Shown in pieces: positions 19,026 through 27,372 of a DNA stretch of 30,625 bases (positions are counted from its first letter, which is position 1; each line of letters starts with the position of its first letter). A model generated the notes under the pieces. The model ran no database searches. It was given only the letters and a program-made list of their open reading frames with translations, and had not been told where the DNA came from. A program made the position numbers and the translations under genes. This DNA is from Candidatus Omnitrophota bacterium (lineage in GTDB: Bacteria; Ratteibacteria; UBA8468; MWAK01), in contig JBDRQI010000028.1 in NCBI GenBank assembly GCA_043826355.1, positions 1 through 30,625 on the forward strand, read 5' to 3'.

Positions 19026-19658
19026 TTACGGGTTTTTCAAATAATAGACTAAACTTTCCAGTTCCATCGCCATGTCAACGCTCTTAATCCGAATTTTCTC
19101 CGGGATGGCAAGGTAACGCGGGGCGAAATTCAGGATGGCGGAGATTCCGCTTTCGGCCAGGCGCCGGGCTATACCCTGGGCTGCTTCAGCCGGCACGGTT
19201 ACAATCGCCACCTTAATTCCATTTTTTTGGATAAACCCTTCCATTTTTTGGTCAGCGATAACCGGCACACCTCCTATCTTTTGGCCTATCTTGGTTTTGT
19301 TATTATCAAAAGCAGCCAGAATTCTGAATCCGAAACGCCGGAAGCCGGGATAAGCAAGCAGGGCGGCGCCTAATTTTCCGCAACCGACCAGGATTACGTT
19401 CCAATTGTGGTCCAGGCCGAGGATTTCTTCAATCTTTTTTCTTAAGCGGTGTACGTTATATCCCACTCCGGGCTGTCCGAAGGAACCAAAATAGGTTAAG
19501 TCCTTTCGCGCCTGGGCGCCGGTGATGTTGAGGTGTTTGGTGAGTCGTTCCGAGGAGATGACATGTACTTCTTTGTTTTCCATAAAACGCAGGGTTCGCA
19601 GATAAAGGGAGAGCCGCCGCACCGTCTCCTCGGGTATACGCGGGTGTTTTTTTCGCAT
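19026..19658 (-). CDS. rex: Redox-sensing transcriptional repressor Rex
   Basis: IPEETVRRLSLY, RKDLTYFGSFG..GVGY, VGCGKLG and ILNFAP motifs. Start uncertain (19658 or 19667). Confidence 0.95.
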   Translation of the reverse strand: MRKKHPRIPEETVRRLSLYLRTLRFMENKEVHVISSERLTKHLNITGAQARKDLTYFGSFGQPGVGYNVHRLRKKIEEILGLDHNWNVILVGCGKLGAALLAYPGFRRFGFRILAAFDNNKTKIGQKIGGVPVIADQKMEGFIQKNGIKVAIVTVPAEAAQGIARRLAESGISAILNFAPRYLAIPEKIRIKSVDMAMELESLVYYLKNP

Positions 19659-19784
19659 GCAGGGCATATAGAATATGTATCTGAATTTGACCGAATAACG
19701 TTTTTATTATACTATAAAGAGGTTTAGGTGTCATCATTATGCAGTACGAATTTTTCAGGGTTGCGTTCGCTTTGTTGTTATAAT

Positions 19785-19808
19785 GTAGTGGCGCGATTCA
19801 TCGCGTCC
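19785..19808. repeat. GTAG-type single REP (a related one at 20387-20409)
   Basis: GTAGTGGCGCGATTCATCGCGTCC hairpin. GTAGCTGCCGAGATTGCCCGGCG lies on the other side of the adjacent gene. Confidence 0.55.
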
Positions 19809-19827
19809 GCCGGAGGCATTCGTGAAT

Positions 19828-20349
19828 ATGAAAAAATTAACCGGTTTGTTTTTTCTCGGTATTACCCTGGTTTTTGTGCCGTTGGCGCTGCATGCGGCGC
19901 CAACCGGAGCGGTGTCGGTTAAGGTTGCCCTTGAATTTGAAGGGAAATCTTTCCCGATGAGCCAGGTCCAGGTTACCATTTTGGATAAAGAGATTGACCT
20001 GGGGGTGGTTGATTTTCGGGCTCAGCGGGATGCGGAAAAGAGCAAGAACAAGAAAAGGTCGTATCATCTTTACCGTTATGTCTACCTGGTTAAAGCGATT
20101 GAGAACAGCCGCCGGGCCGGCGTGCGCCAGGTTCGCTCCGGTATCGTTACCAAGCGCGCCGATAATAATGGTGAAGTTCTGGTGCGCTACCTTGTGCCGG
20201 GTGATTATTTTATCGGCGCCTACCGCAAAATAGGCGGAAAATCCGTAGTCTGGTTTGTTCCGTTTTCGGTAACCGCCGGGCGAAGTACGCAGGTAGACCT
20301 TGACACCAATAACGCTTTTGAATTTTATGACCCGGAACTTTATCCATAA
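19828..20349 (+). CDS. Hypothetical exported protein, beta-sandwich (carboxypeptidase regulatory-like) character
   Basis: Signal peptide MKKLTGLFFLGITLVFVPLALHA; ADNNGEVLVRYLVPGDYFI motif; GGAGG upstream. Confidence 0.65.
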   Translation: MKKLTGLFFLGITLVFVPLALHAAPTGAVSVKVALEFEGKSFPMSQVQVTILDKEIDLGVVDFRAQRDAEKSKNKKRSYHLYRYVYLVKAIENSRRAGVRQVRSGIVTKRADNNGEVLVRYLVPGDYFIGAYRKIGGKSVVWFVPFSVTAGRSTQVDLDTNNAFEFYDPELYP

Positions 20350-20543
20350 CCAGGGCAACGGTATTAAATAAATTTGCATTTCATTTGTAGCTGCCGAGAT
20401 TGCCCGGCGTTACTCCTCGTTGTTGTGCCTTGGAAGACGTACTGCTTTCGTGATGCCTGCCGTGAAGCATAGGTTTTTCTTTTTCGCAACCCCTTATATT
20501 TTTCTGGAGAGGTTAACTCGCCCAAAATTTTTTAAAAAGGCCG

Positions 20544-20571
20544 GGAACCTTTTCCGGGTTCTGGTGTCTAA
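20544..20571 (+). promoter_or_regulatory. ECF sigma promoter (autoregulatory candidate)
   Basis: GGAAC(20544-20548)-N17-GTCTAA(20566-20571), duplicated at 22173-22200. Confidence 0.75.
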
Positions 20572-20595
20572 TGATTAGACCGCCAGAGATATTGC

Positions 20596-21138
20596 ATGGG
20601 AAAAAAGAGCCCGTTGGATTTTGAGGAGATTGTCCATCAGGAGGCAAAGAAGGTGTTTAACCTTGCCTACCGTCTTTGCGGCAACCAGGAAGAAGCGAAG
20701 GATATATCCCAGGAGACGTTTGTCCGGACCTATGAACATTTGGATTCTTTTCAGGGCAGTTCCCGGGTCTTCACCTATCTTTACCGTATAACTTTCAACG
20801 TCTGGAAGAACCGTTTGAGACACTGGGGCCGGCACCCGGCGTTTTCGCTCCATTCAACTCATCCGGAAGAGCCGGACTTTGATTTAGCCGACCCGAAGCC
20901 AGCCCCGGACCGGGCGTTTGAATTGGATGAACGGGCCAGTCTGGTCAGGTCTTGCCTGGACTCCCTTGACCCGGTTTCCCGGCTCATTATTATCCTGCGG
21001 GATATGGAGGGTAGGTCCTATCAGGAGATATCACGGATTATGAAGTGCCGGCTGGGCACGGTTAAATCCCGCCTTTGGCGGGCGCGGACCGATTTGCGCG
21101 AGCAGGTTCGGCCCCGCCTGGAAAGGATGCAAAAATGA
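20596..21138 (+). CDS. ECF RNA polymerase sigma factor
   Basis: Region 2 AKDISQETFVR / FTYLYRI; region 4 SYQEISRIMKCRLGTVKSRLWRAR; 180 aa. Confidence 0.95.
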   Translation: MGKKSPLDFEEIVHQEAKKVFNLAYRLCGNQEEAKDISQETFVRTYEHLDSFQGSSRVFTYLYRITFNVWKNRLRHWGRHPAFSLHSTHPEEPDFDLADPKPAPDRAFELDERASLVRSCLDSLDPVSRLIIILRDMEGRSYQEISRIMKCRLGTVKSRLWRARTDLREQVRPRLERMQK

Positions 21139-22130
21139 ACAGAATTTGCCGGAAAAACCAGGAGTTGCTTTCCGCCTACGTTGACGGGATGCTTTCGGAG
21201 AAGGTCAAAAAATATTTTACCGGGCACCTGGACTCCTGTCCGGAATGCCAAAAGGCGCTTCAGGAATTGGAATTACTGCGTAAACTTTTGCGGGAATTTC
21301 CGGAGAAACACCCCGGCCCGGGTTTTGAAACCGCAATCTTGAGCCGGGTCAGGGAGAAGTCCGAGGTTACCTCTTTACGGAGCTGGTTGCGCCGTGTCTC
21401 TTATGGTCTGGCTGGTTTGGCTTTGCTTCTTATCGTGACCATTTATCTCCAGAAACCGGTTCTTCCGCCCCAACTGGAGATTACCCGGACACCGCCGTCC
21501 GGCGGATTGACCGCAGAGAGAAAAAAGACAGATTCCATTTCCAGACAAGCCCCGTCGCCGGCAGAACAGAGTATTATGTTCAAACCGGATGCTCTGCCGG
21601 ATAAAGACGAGGAAAAGCCAGCGGCGCCTTCAGCCGTTGTTTCGGAAAGGCAGGTACAGGCGCCCGCGCCGTCCTTAACGGAAGAAAAATTGAAATCAGA
21701 AATTCCGGGGGTTCCCCGGGCCGGAGATTCTCTTGCCGGTTCGGAGTACGCGGCTGTTCCGGAGAAAGAAACCGGCATGACCGCCGTCGCTCTCAAAAAG
21801 GCAGTTGGAATTTCCGCGGGCAAAGAATCTCAATTCCTGGTCATCCGCAACAAGACAGATTGGGAAAAGGCCTGGAATTTTCAAAACACCAGCCAGAATT
21901 TGTCCCTCCCTCTTCCGGAAGTTGATTTTAAAAAGCAGATGGTTGTTGCTATTCCTACCAACCAGGCCGGCGTAGAATACAAAATCGTAAAGACCGAAGA
22001 GAAACCGGACCGCATCATCGTTCAGTACCGGATAACCCTGCCCGGGCAAGGCGAAGCTGAAATTATCCCACCATATCAGCTTGAGGTTGTTAATACCAGG
22101 CCCAGCGTGGAACTTCAGAAGCTGGATTGA
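21135..22130 (+). CDS. Zinc-finger (zf-HC2) anti-sigma factor with TM helix and PrcB-C-like extracytoplasmic domain
   Basis: LSAYVDG..HLDSCPEC, TM GLAGLALLLIVTIYL, Pro/Ala/Ser linker, C-terminal VIRNKTDWEKAW..PEVDFKKQMVVA. ATGA overlap with the sigma gene. Confidence 0.85.
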   Translation: MNRICRKNQELLSAYVDGMLSEKVKKYFTGHLDSCPECQKALQELELLRKLLREFPEKHPGPGFETAILSRVREKSEVTSLRSWLRRVSYGLAGLALLLIVTIYLQKPVLPPQLEITRTPPSGGLTAERKKTDSISRQAPSPAEQSIMFKPDALPDKDEEKPAAPSAVVSERQVQAPAPSLTEEKLKSEIPGVPRAGDSLAGSEYAAVPEKETGMTAVALKKAVGISAGKESQFLVIRNKTDWEKAWNFQNTSQNLSLPLPEVDFKKQMVVAIPTNQAGVEYKIVKTEEKPDRIIVQYRITLPGQGEAEIIPPYQLEVVNTRPSVELQKLD

Positions 22131-22172
22131 TCTTTCTGTCCCTCGTTAAAACCACCCTTTAAAATCTCTCCG

Positions 22173-22200
22173 GGAACTTTTTTGTTTTCCCGGTGTCTAA
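22173..22200 (+). promoter_or_regulatory. Second ECF sigma promoter upstream of the vWA genes
   Basis: GGAAC(22173-22177)-N17-GTCTAA(22195-22200). Shares CCGGGAAC and GGTGTCTAA with the first copy. Confidence 0.75.
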
Positions 22201-22315
22201 GTTTCCAAATGGAACAGTTCGCGATTCAACGGCCCGCCTCCGCACTACGGAAGCCGCAGAACAAGCGGCTTTGCCGCTTTTGGCGTCCATGCTATGGCGG
22301 GCGAAGGAGGAATAG

Positions 22316-23458
22316 ATGAAGAATTGGATGAAGTTAGGTCTGGTGTGGTTTGCGGTTGGTTTGTTGTTTATTGCTTTAACCCTTCGGGCAGAAGCCGTCC
22401 TGAAAGTACGAACGACGGAGAGGCCGGTTGTCCAGGCAGCAATCCTCCTGGATACTTCCGGCAGTATGTCCGGGCTCATTGAACAGGCAAAGAGCGAACT
22501 CTGGAAGATTATCAATGAACTTTCCTCGTCCAGAAAAGGAGGCGCGGTACCCCTGGTCCAGGTGGCGCTATACGAATACGGCAAGAGTTCCCTGCCGGCC
22601 AGCGAGGGTTATTTGCGGATGATTCTCCCCCTGAACACTGATTTAGACAAGGTTTCCGAAGAACTCTTCGCTCTCACTACCAACGGCGGGGATGAATACT
22701 GCGGCCAGGTTATCCAGTCTGCCTGTCAGGGGCTGAAATGGAGCGGCTCAAACCAGGACTACAAGGTAATCTTCATTGCCGGGAACGAACCCTTCACTCA
22801 GGGTACGGTTGATTACAAAAAGAGTTGTAGCGAGACGATTTCTAAAGGGATTATCGTCAACACTATCTTCTGCGGTAATTACAACGAAGGATTGAATACC
22901 GGTTGGAAGGATGGGGCTGAACTGGCGGATGGCCGCTACCTGAATATCGACCATAATGCCCGGGCAATTCAGATTGATGCGCCCCAGGATAAGGAGATAG
23001 CTCTTCTGGGCAATCAGCTCAACCGGACTTATCTTGCCTACGGCGCAGCCGGGGTTGATGGTTCGGCGCGGCAGAAGGAACAGGATAAGAATGCCCAGAC
23101 GCTGGCGCCGGCAATTGCGGCCGAAAGAGTGGTGGCCAAATCATCGGCCGGCTATTTAAATTCCTCCTGGGACTTAATTGACGCCCATCGCGAAGGCAAG
23201 GTGAAGATTGAGGATTTAAAGGAGAGTGAACTGCCCGCGGAGATGAGGCGGATGACCGGTCCGGAAAAGAAGGCCTTTCTGGAAAAGACAGGAAAAGAAC
23301 GCCGTCAAATACAGGAGACCGTCAACCGGCTCAACGATGAGCGCAAAAAGTATATTGCCGCCCAAATGAAGAACCAAGGGACGGATAGTTCTTTCGGCGC
23401 CGCAGTAGTCAAGGTGGTCCGGGAGCAGGCCGTTGCCAAAAATTTCCGTTTTGAATGA
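22316..23458 (+). CDS. Exported vWA domain protein
   Basis: Signal peptide, MIDAS LLDTSGSM, GGDE, IFIAGNE, charged helical C-terminus; SD AAGGAGG. Confidence 0.88.
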   Translation: MKNWMKLGLVWFAVGLLFIALTLRAEAVLKVRTTERPVVQAAILLDTSGSMSGLIEQAKSELWKIINELSSSRKGGAVPLVQVALYEYGKSSLPASEGYLRMILPLNTDLDKVSEELFALTTNGGDEYCGQVIQSACQGLKWSGSNQDYKVIFIAGNEPFTQGTVDYKKSCSETISKGIIVNTIFCGNYNEGLNTGWKDGAELADGRYLNIDHNARAIQIDAPQDKEIALLGNQLNRTYLAYGAAGVDGSARQKEQDKNAQTLAPAIAAERVVAKSSAGYLNSSWDLIDAHREGKVKIEDLKESELPAEMRRMTGPEKKAFLEKTGKERRQIQETVNRLNDERKKYIAAQMKNQGTDSSFGAAVVKVVREQAVAKNFRFE

Positions 23459-23460
23459 AG

Positions 23461-23530
23461 CGAGATTCTTCGCGAAATCGGCTCAGAATGACAAATCATC
23501 ATGTCATCCTGAGGGTACCGAAGGATCTCG
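23461..23530. repeat. TGTCATCCTGAG-family REP doublet, reversed arrangement
   Basis: CGAGATTCTTCG...CTCAGAATGACA then TGTCATCCTGAG...CGAAGGATCTCG. Confidence 0.85.
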
Positions 23531-23560
23531 TAGTTAAGGAATCTAAGTTCGGGAGGAGAT

Positions 23561-25816
23561 ATGTTTAAAAACAAAAAATTTTTTTTGGTTCGTGTTTTAA
23601 CAAGTTTTTTCTTGGTAATTGCGGGCGGCCTTGCTTTGGCGGGCAGTCTTTCGGCTGACGGGTTGATAATAGTGCCCAGGCCGCCTGCGCCTGGTTCCTG
23701 GTCCGGCACGCCTTTCCCGCTTGAGGTTAAGTACCACCGGGTTGAGGTGGGGATAGACGGACAGGCCGCCCGGACGTCAATCGACCAGGAATTTTACAAC
23801 CCGACTAACAGCCGGCTGGAGGGGATATACTTCTTTCCGGTTCCGGAAGGCGCGGTTATCAACAACTTCTCCATGGAAATTGACGGGAAGATGACAACCG
23901 CGGAACTGCTGGACGCGGAAAAGGCCCGAACTATTTACGAGGATATCGTGCGCCGGATGAAAGACCCGGCCCTGCTGGAATATTCCGGGCGCAACGCTTT
24001 CAAAGTGCGCATCTTCCCGATCGAACCCTTTGGACGCAAGAGAACCAAAATTTCTTACACGCAAATCCTGCGCAGCGACAACGGCGTATTCAATTACACC
24101 TATCCCCTGAATACCGAAAAGTTTTCCGCAAAGCCGCTTGAGGAAGTCAGCCTCAGGGTAAAACTCAGGAATAAGGGGAACCTTAAGAACATCTTTTCAC
24201 CGACGCACCAGGTAGAAGTGAAGCGCCGCAGCAGTCACGAGGCAATCGTTGGCTTTGAAGAGAAGAACGTAAAACCGGACGCAGACTTCTCCCTTTACTG
24301 GAACATTGAGAAAGGCAAAGTCGGGTTGAGTATCTTAACTTACCGGCCCGTTGGCGAGGACGGGTTCTTCTTTTTGGCCGCGGCGCCTGATTTTCAGGTC
24401 GACGCAAAGGAGATTACAGCCAAGGACATTACCTTTGTACTGGATACTTCCGGCAGTATGGCCGGGAAAAAATTGGAGCAGGCGAAGCGGGCGCTCCTCT
24501 TCTGTCTGGAGAACCTTAACGCCGGGGACGGGTTTGAACTGGTGCGTTTTGCCACCGAATCGGAAAACCTTTTCGGGAAGATTGAACCGGTTTCCACCGT
24601 AAATATTAATCGGGCAAAGGATTTTATCAGAAACCTCAAGCCTATCGGCGGCACCAATATGGAGGAGGCCCTGGCCGGCGCGCTGGAAGTCAACCGGGGA
24701 GAAAAGAAAAGGCCCGGATTCATCATCTTTCTCACCGACGGCAAGCCCACCATCGGCGCGACCAAAGAGGAAACCCTGGTAAGCAGGGTCAGGCGGGAGG
24801 CATCCGGCGGAATCCGCGTCTTCACCTTTGGCGTCGGCGATGATATCAACACCCATCTTCTTGACCGGATAAGCGAGGCGACCGGCGGCCTGCGTTTTTA
24901 CGTCCGGCCCGATGAGGATTTGGAGGTAAAACTCTCAAATTTCTACGAAAAAATCAAGTCCCCGGTTTTGGTGGATTTCAAGGTTAAATTCGGTCCCGGC
25001 GCGAGAGTTCAGAAACTCCATCCCAATGCTCTTCCGGACCTTTTCAAGGGCGACCAACTTATTCTTTTTGGCCGCTATACCGGGAGCGGGGAGACCGTGC
25101 TCACTCTTTCCGGGGTTTCCGAAGGGAAGAAGGGCGTTTTTGAGTATCGGGCTAACTTTCCGGAAAGTAATCCGGAAAATGACTTTATCGCGCCGCTCTG
25201 GGCCGCCCGGCGCATCGGGTATCTCCTGGACGAAATCCGTCTGCGCGGGGAGAGTCCGGAACTTAAGGATGAGGTTATTGACCTTGCCCGGCGATATGGC
25301 ATCATCACGCCCTACACCAGTTATCTTATTATTGAAGACGAAAAAAATAAAGCACAAAGGCGGGAACTGCCGGAGGACCGCCAGACCCTCAACGCAATGC
25401 CCGGGGCTCCGGTTTTGGAAGGAAAGTTAAGGGCAGATTATGAAGCGATGCGTCAGAAGTCCGGTTCGGACAGCGTCACCGTCAGCAAAGAAGCGAGTGC
25501 CCTGAAGTCTGCCCGGAACTATAATCAGATTAATCAGGGAGCCGACCGCCTTGATTATTCCGGCCCGGCCGGCACCCAGCAGAACCTTGCCAATCAGGTA
25601 AAAAACGTGGGCGGACGCGCTTTCTACCAGGCCGGTAAATTCTGGGTAGATTCAAAAGTGCAGGCGGCGGGTAAACAACAAGCCCAAAGGATACAGATAG
25701 GCGGTCCGGAATACTTCCAATTTCTAAAAGACCAGCCGGAAAGCGCCCGTTTCCTGGCGCTGGGCCAGAACGTGCGGTTTCTGCTCCACGGCCAGCTCTA
25801 CGAGATCCACGAATGA
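23561..25816 (+). CDS. Exported VIT + vWA domain protein (inter-alpha-trypsin inhibitor heavy-chain-like)
   Basis: Signal peptide; VIT QEFYNP..LEGIYFFPVPEGAVI; MIDAS VLDTSGSM, GGTN, FLTDG; LWAARRI and ITPYTSYL. Confidence 0.92.
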   Translation: MFKNKKFFLVRVLTSFFLVIAGGLALAGSLSADGLIIVPRPPAPGSWSGTPFPLEVKYHRVEVGIDGQAARTSIDQEFYNPTNSRLEGIYFFPVPEGAVINNFSMEIDGKMTTAELLDAEKARTIYEDIVRRMKDPALLEYSGRNAFKVRIFPIEPFGRKRTKISYTQILRSDNGVFNYTYPLNTEKFSAKPLEEVSLRVKLRNKGNLKNIFSPTHQVEVKRRSSHEAIVGFEEKNVKPDADFSLYWNIEKGKVGLSILTYRPVGEDGFFFLAAAPDFQVDAKEITAKDITFVLDTSGSMAGKKLEQAKRALLFCLENLNAGDGFELVRFATESENLFGKIEPVSTVNINRAKDFIRNLKPIGGTNMEEALAGALEVNRGEKKRPGFIIFLTDGKPTIGATKEETLVSRVRREASGGIRVFTFGVGDDINTHLLDRISEATGGLRFYVRPDEDLEVKLSNFYEKIKSPVLVDFKVKFGPGARVQKLHPNALPDLFKGDQLILFGRYTGSGETVLTLSGVSEGKKGVFEYRANFPESNPENDFIAPLWAARRIGYLLDEIRLRGESPELKDEVIDLARRYGIITPYTSYLIIEDEKNKAQRRELPEDRQTLNAMPGAPVLEGKLRADYEAMRQKSGSDSVTVSKEASALKSARNYNQINQGADRLDYSGPAGTQQNLANQVKNVGGRAFYQAGKFWVDSKVQAAGKQQAQRIQIGGPEYFQFLKDQPESARFLALGQNVRFLLHGQLYEIHE

Positions 25817-25833
25817 AATAGAAACATTAATAA

Positions 25834-25915
25834 GTCATTGCGGGCGTTTCCCGGCGCGGCGATCCCATTTTCAGGGTTGAAATTGCCGTGGTCGCTTACG
25901 CGCTCTCGCAAGGAC
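25834..25915. repeat. Degenerate GTCATTGCG...CGCAA(T/G)GAC REP doublet
   Basis: GTCATTGCGGG at the left end and CTCGCAAGGAC at the right end, with internal GGCGAT/ATTGCC. Confidence 0.55.
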
Positions 25916-26024
25916 GCTATTTTCAAATGGGCTTACAATCAGGTCGCGCAGGATTCAGAATACCCGAATCTATAAATCTCTTGCGGCCAATTTGCTTTTG
26001 AACATTTTAGGTTAAAGCCGTCAC

Positions 26025-26849
26025 TTATTTGATTTCTTTTAATTCCCCAGCATGCTGCAGTATCCAATCCTCGCATTTCTGGAGAATTTCCCCGGCGGCT
26101 GACTCAACTGCCTGGGCGGCTGATTTGGCTGACAAGGCGGCTGCTTCAGCGGCTGATTTGGCTGACAAGGCCTCTGTTTCAGCGGCTGACCAAGCTGCCT
26201 GGGCGGCTGATCTGATGGCTAACTCAGCGGCTTTCTCGATGACTGACCAGACTGACCGAACGGATGATACCGAGGTTAACTTGGCGGCCAATTCGGCAGC
26301 TGACCAGGCGTCTGACCCAGCCGCATTAGCGGTTAACCGATTTTCTTCTATCGGATTTTTCAGCCATTTTTTCGCCGCCTCGATTGCTTTGTGTGGTAAA
26401 TCACCGCTCGGGTATTTCTTCTCATAATTTTGGAGAGTCAGCTCTGCCGCAAGAATCGCCAGAGCCACGCTATGTTTTTTCTCCCACTTCCACGCATTTA
26501 CTACCCGCATTTTTTGCCAATATTCTTTATCCCCCTTTCCAACGAAATGTTCGCCATCTACTTCTACCTGTGCCAAAACTTCCATCGGGACATCCTGCAT
26601 AGCGTCAATTACACGTTCAGAGGCGGAGAAATCTTTTTCGTTTGATTTCTCCGCGTTTATTTCATACCACTTTCCAATTTCCCAGATATGTTCACCGTGC
26701 CCTGATTTCAGGCCCGCTTTCAAGGACTTCCATGCGGTTCCTCCGATTTCCGGTTTATCAAATATGGAGTGACAGGAAGGGCAAAGACACCTTATCGCGT
26801 TATCTTCGGTTAATTGTTTTCGACATTTAGGGCAAACATATTTATCCAT
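26025..26849 (-). CDS. Hypothetical protein: Zn-ribbon + phage-like domain + Imm5-like segment + Ala-rich repeats
   Basis: CPKC...CPSC; AWKSL..WEIGKWY..FSAS..LAQVEVDG; YEKKYPSGDLPHKAIEAAKKWL; SAAEAA/SAKSAA repeats. Confidence 0.65.
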   Translation of the reverse strand: MDKYVCPKCRKQLTEDNAIRCLCPSCHSIFDKPEIGGTAWKSLKAGLKSGHGEHIWEIGKWYEINAEKSNEKDFSASERVIDAMQDVPMEVLAQVEVDGEHFVGKGDKEYWQKMRVVNAWKWEKKHSVALAILAAELTLQNYEKKYPSGDLPHKAIEAAKKWLKNPIEENRLTANAAGSDAWSAAELAAKLTSVSSVRSVWSVIEKAAELAIRSAAQAAWSAAETEALSAKSAAEAAALSAKSAAQAVESAAGEILQKCEDWILQHAGELKEIK

Positions 26850-27004
26850 ACAAAAATTATATTTTATTTATGCCGTATTTGGATAGTTTATTATTTATCT
26901 TAATGTCTCTATCTCTCCTCTCTGCTGAGCCTTGGCCAAATGGCCCTTTTCGAAAAAACTAAAACTATGCTTTAGGTTTTGGCTTAATGGTCTGACAACA
27001 AATT

Positions 27005-27115
27005 TTAGTTGTTTTTATTTACCAGCTTTTTCGCTTTTTTCTCAATCCGTTTTTCTTTTAGTGTTTTTGCTGCTTTCTTTTTTACATCTTTTTTAGCATC
27101 GTGACTTTTACTCAT
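27005..27115 (-). CDS. Small Lys-rich peptide (36 aa) MSKSHDAKKDVKKKAAKTLKEKRIEKKAKKLVNKNN
   Basis: Manually translated; SD GGGGAG upstream and promoter TTGACC-17-TAAGAT. Below the ORF-track cutoff. Confidence 0.75.
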   Translation of the reverse strand: MSKSHDAKKDVKKKAAKTLKEKRIEKKAKKLVNKNN

Positions 27116-27169
27116 AGCTTTTCTCCCCCATGTTTTACCGGCTATCAATTCATAAAATTACTTTTCTAA

Positions 27170-27198
27170 ATCTTACCGCATTTTCAGGGTACGGTCAA
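27170..27198 (-). promoter_or_regulatory. sigma70-type promoter for the small basic peptide
   Basis: TTGACC(27198-27193)-17-TAAGAT(27175-27170). Confidence 0.6.
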
Positions 27199-27308
27199 GG
27201 TATTTTTAGACGGTACCCTTACCGGACGCTTGTGTTAGAATATTTGGCAGGGCCCAAACGTCCGAATCGGGCAGGCCGGAAACCGTTCTCAACCATTCTT
27301 GCATCACA

Positions 27309-27338
27309 TTGACAAAATGACCTTTCCGGTCTTATACT
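27309..27338 (+). promoter_or_regulatory. sigma70-type promoter
   Basis: TTGACA(27309-27314)-18-TATACT(27333-27338); SD AAGGAGG at 27360-27366. Confidence 0.7.
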
Positions 27339-27372
27339 ATCTGTGGAATTAAATGAACAAAGGAGGCTTTCC

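Noticed and set aside
16425..19830. Rex operator (TTGTGAA-N4-TTCACAA) near pfk or rex
   Set aside because: No convincing match found by eye.
22448..24460. Identical 21-mer CTGGATACTTCCGGCAGTATG in both vWA genes as a DGR or recombination repeat
   Set aside because: It encodes the conserved MIDAS LDTSGSM. There is no adenine-specific variation, no reverse transcriptase and no extended homology.
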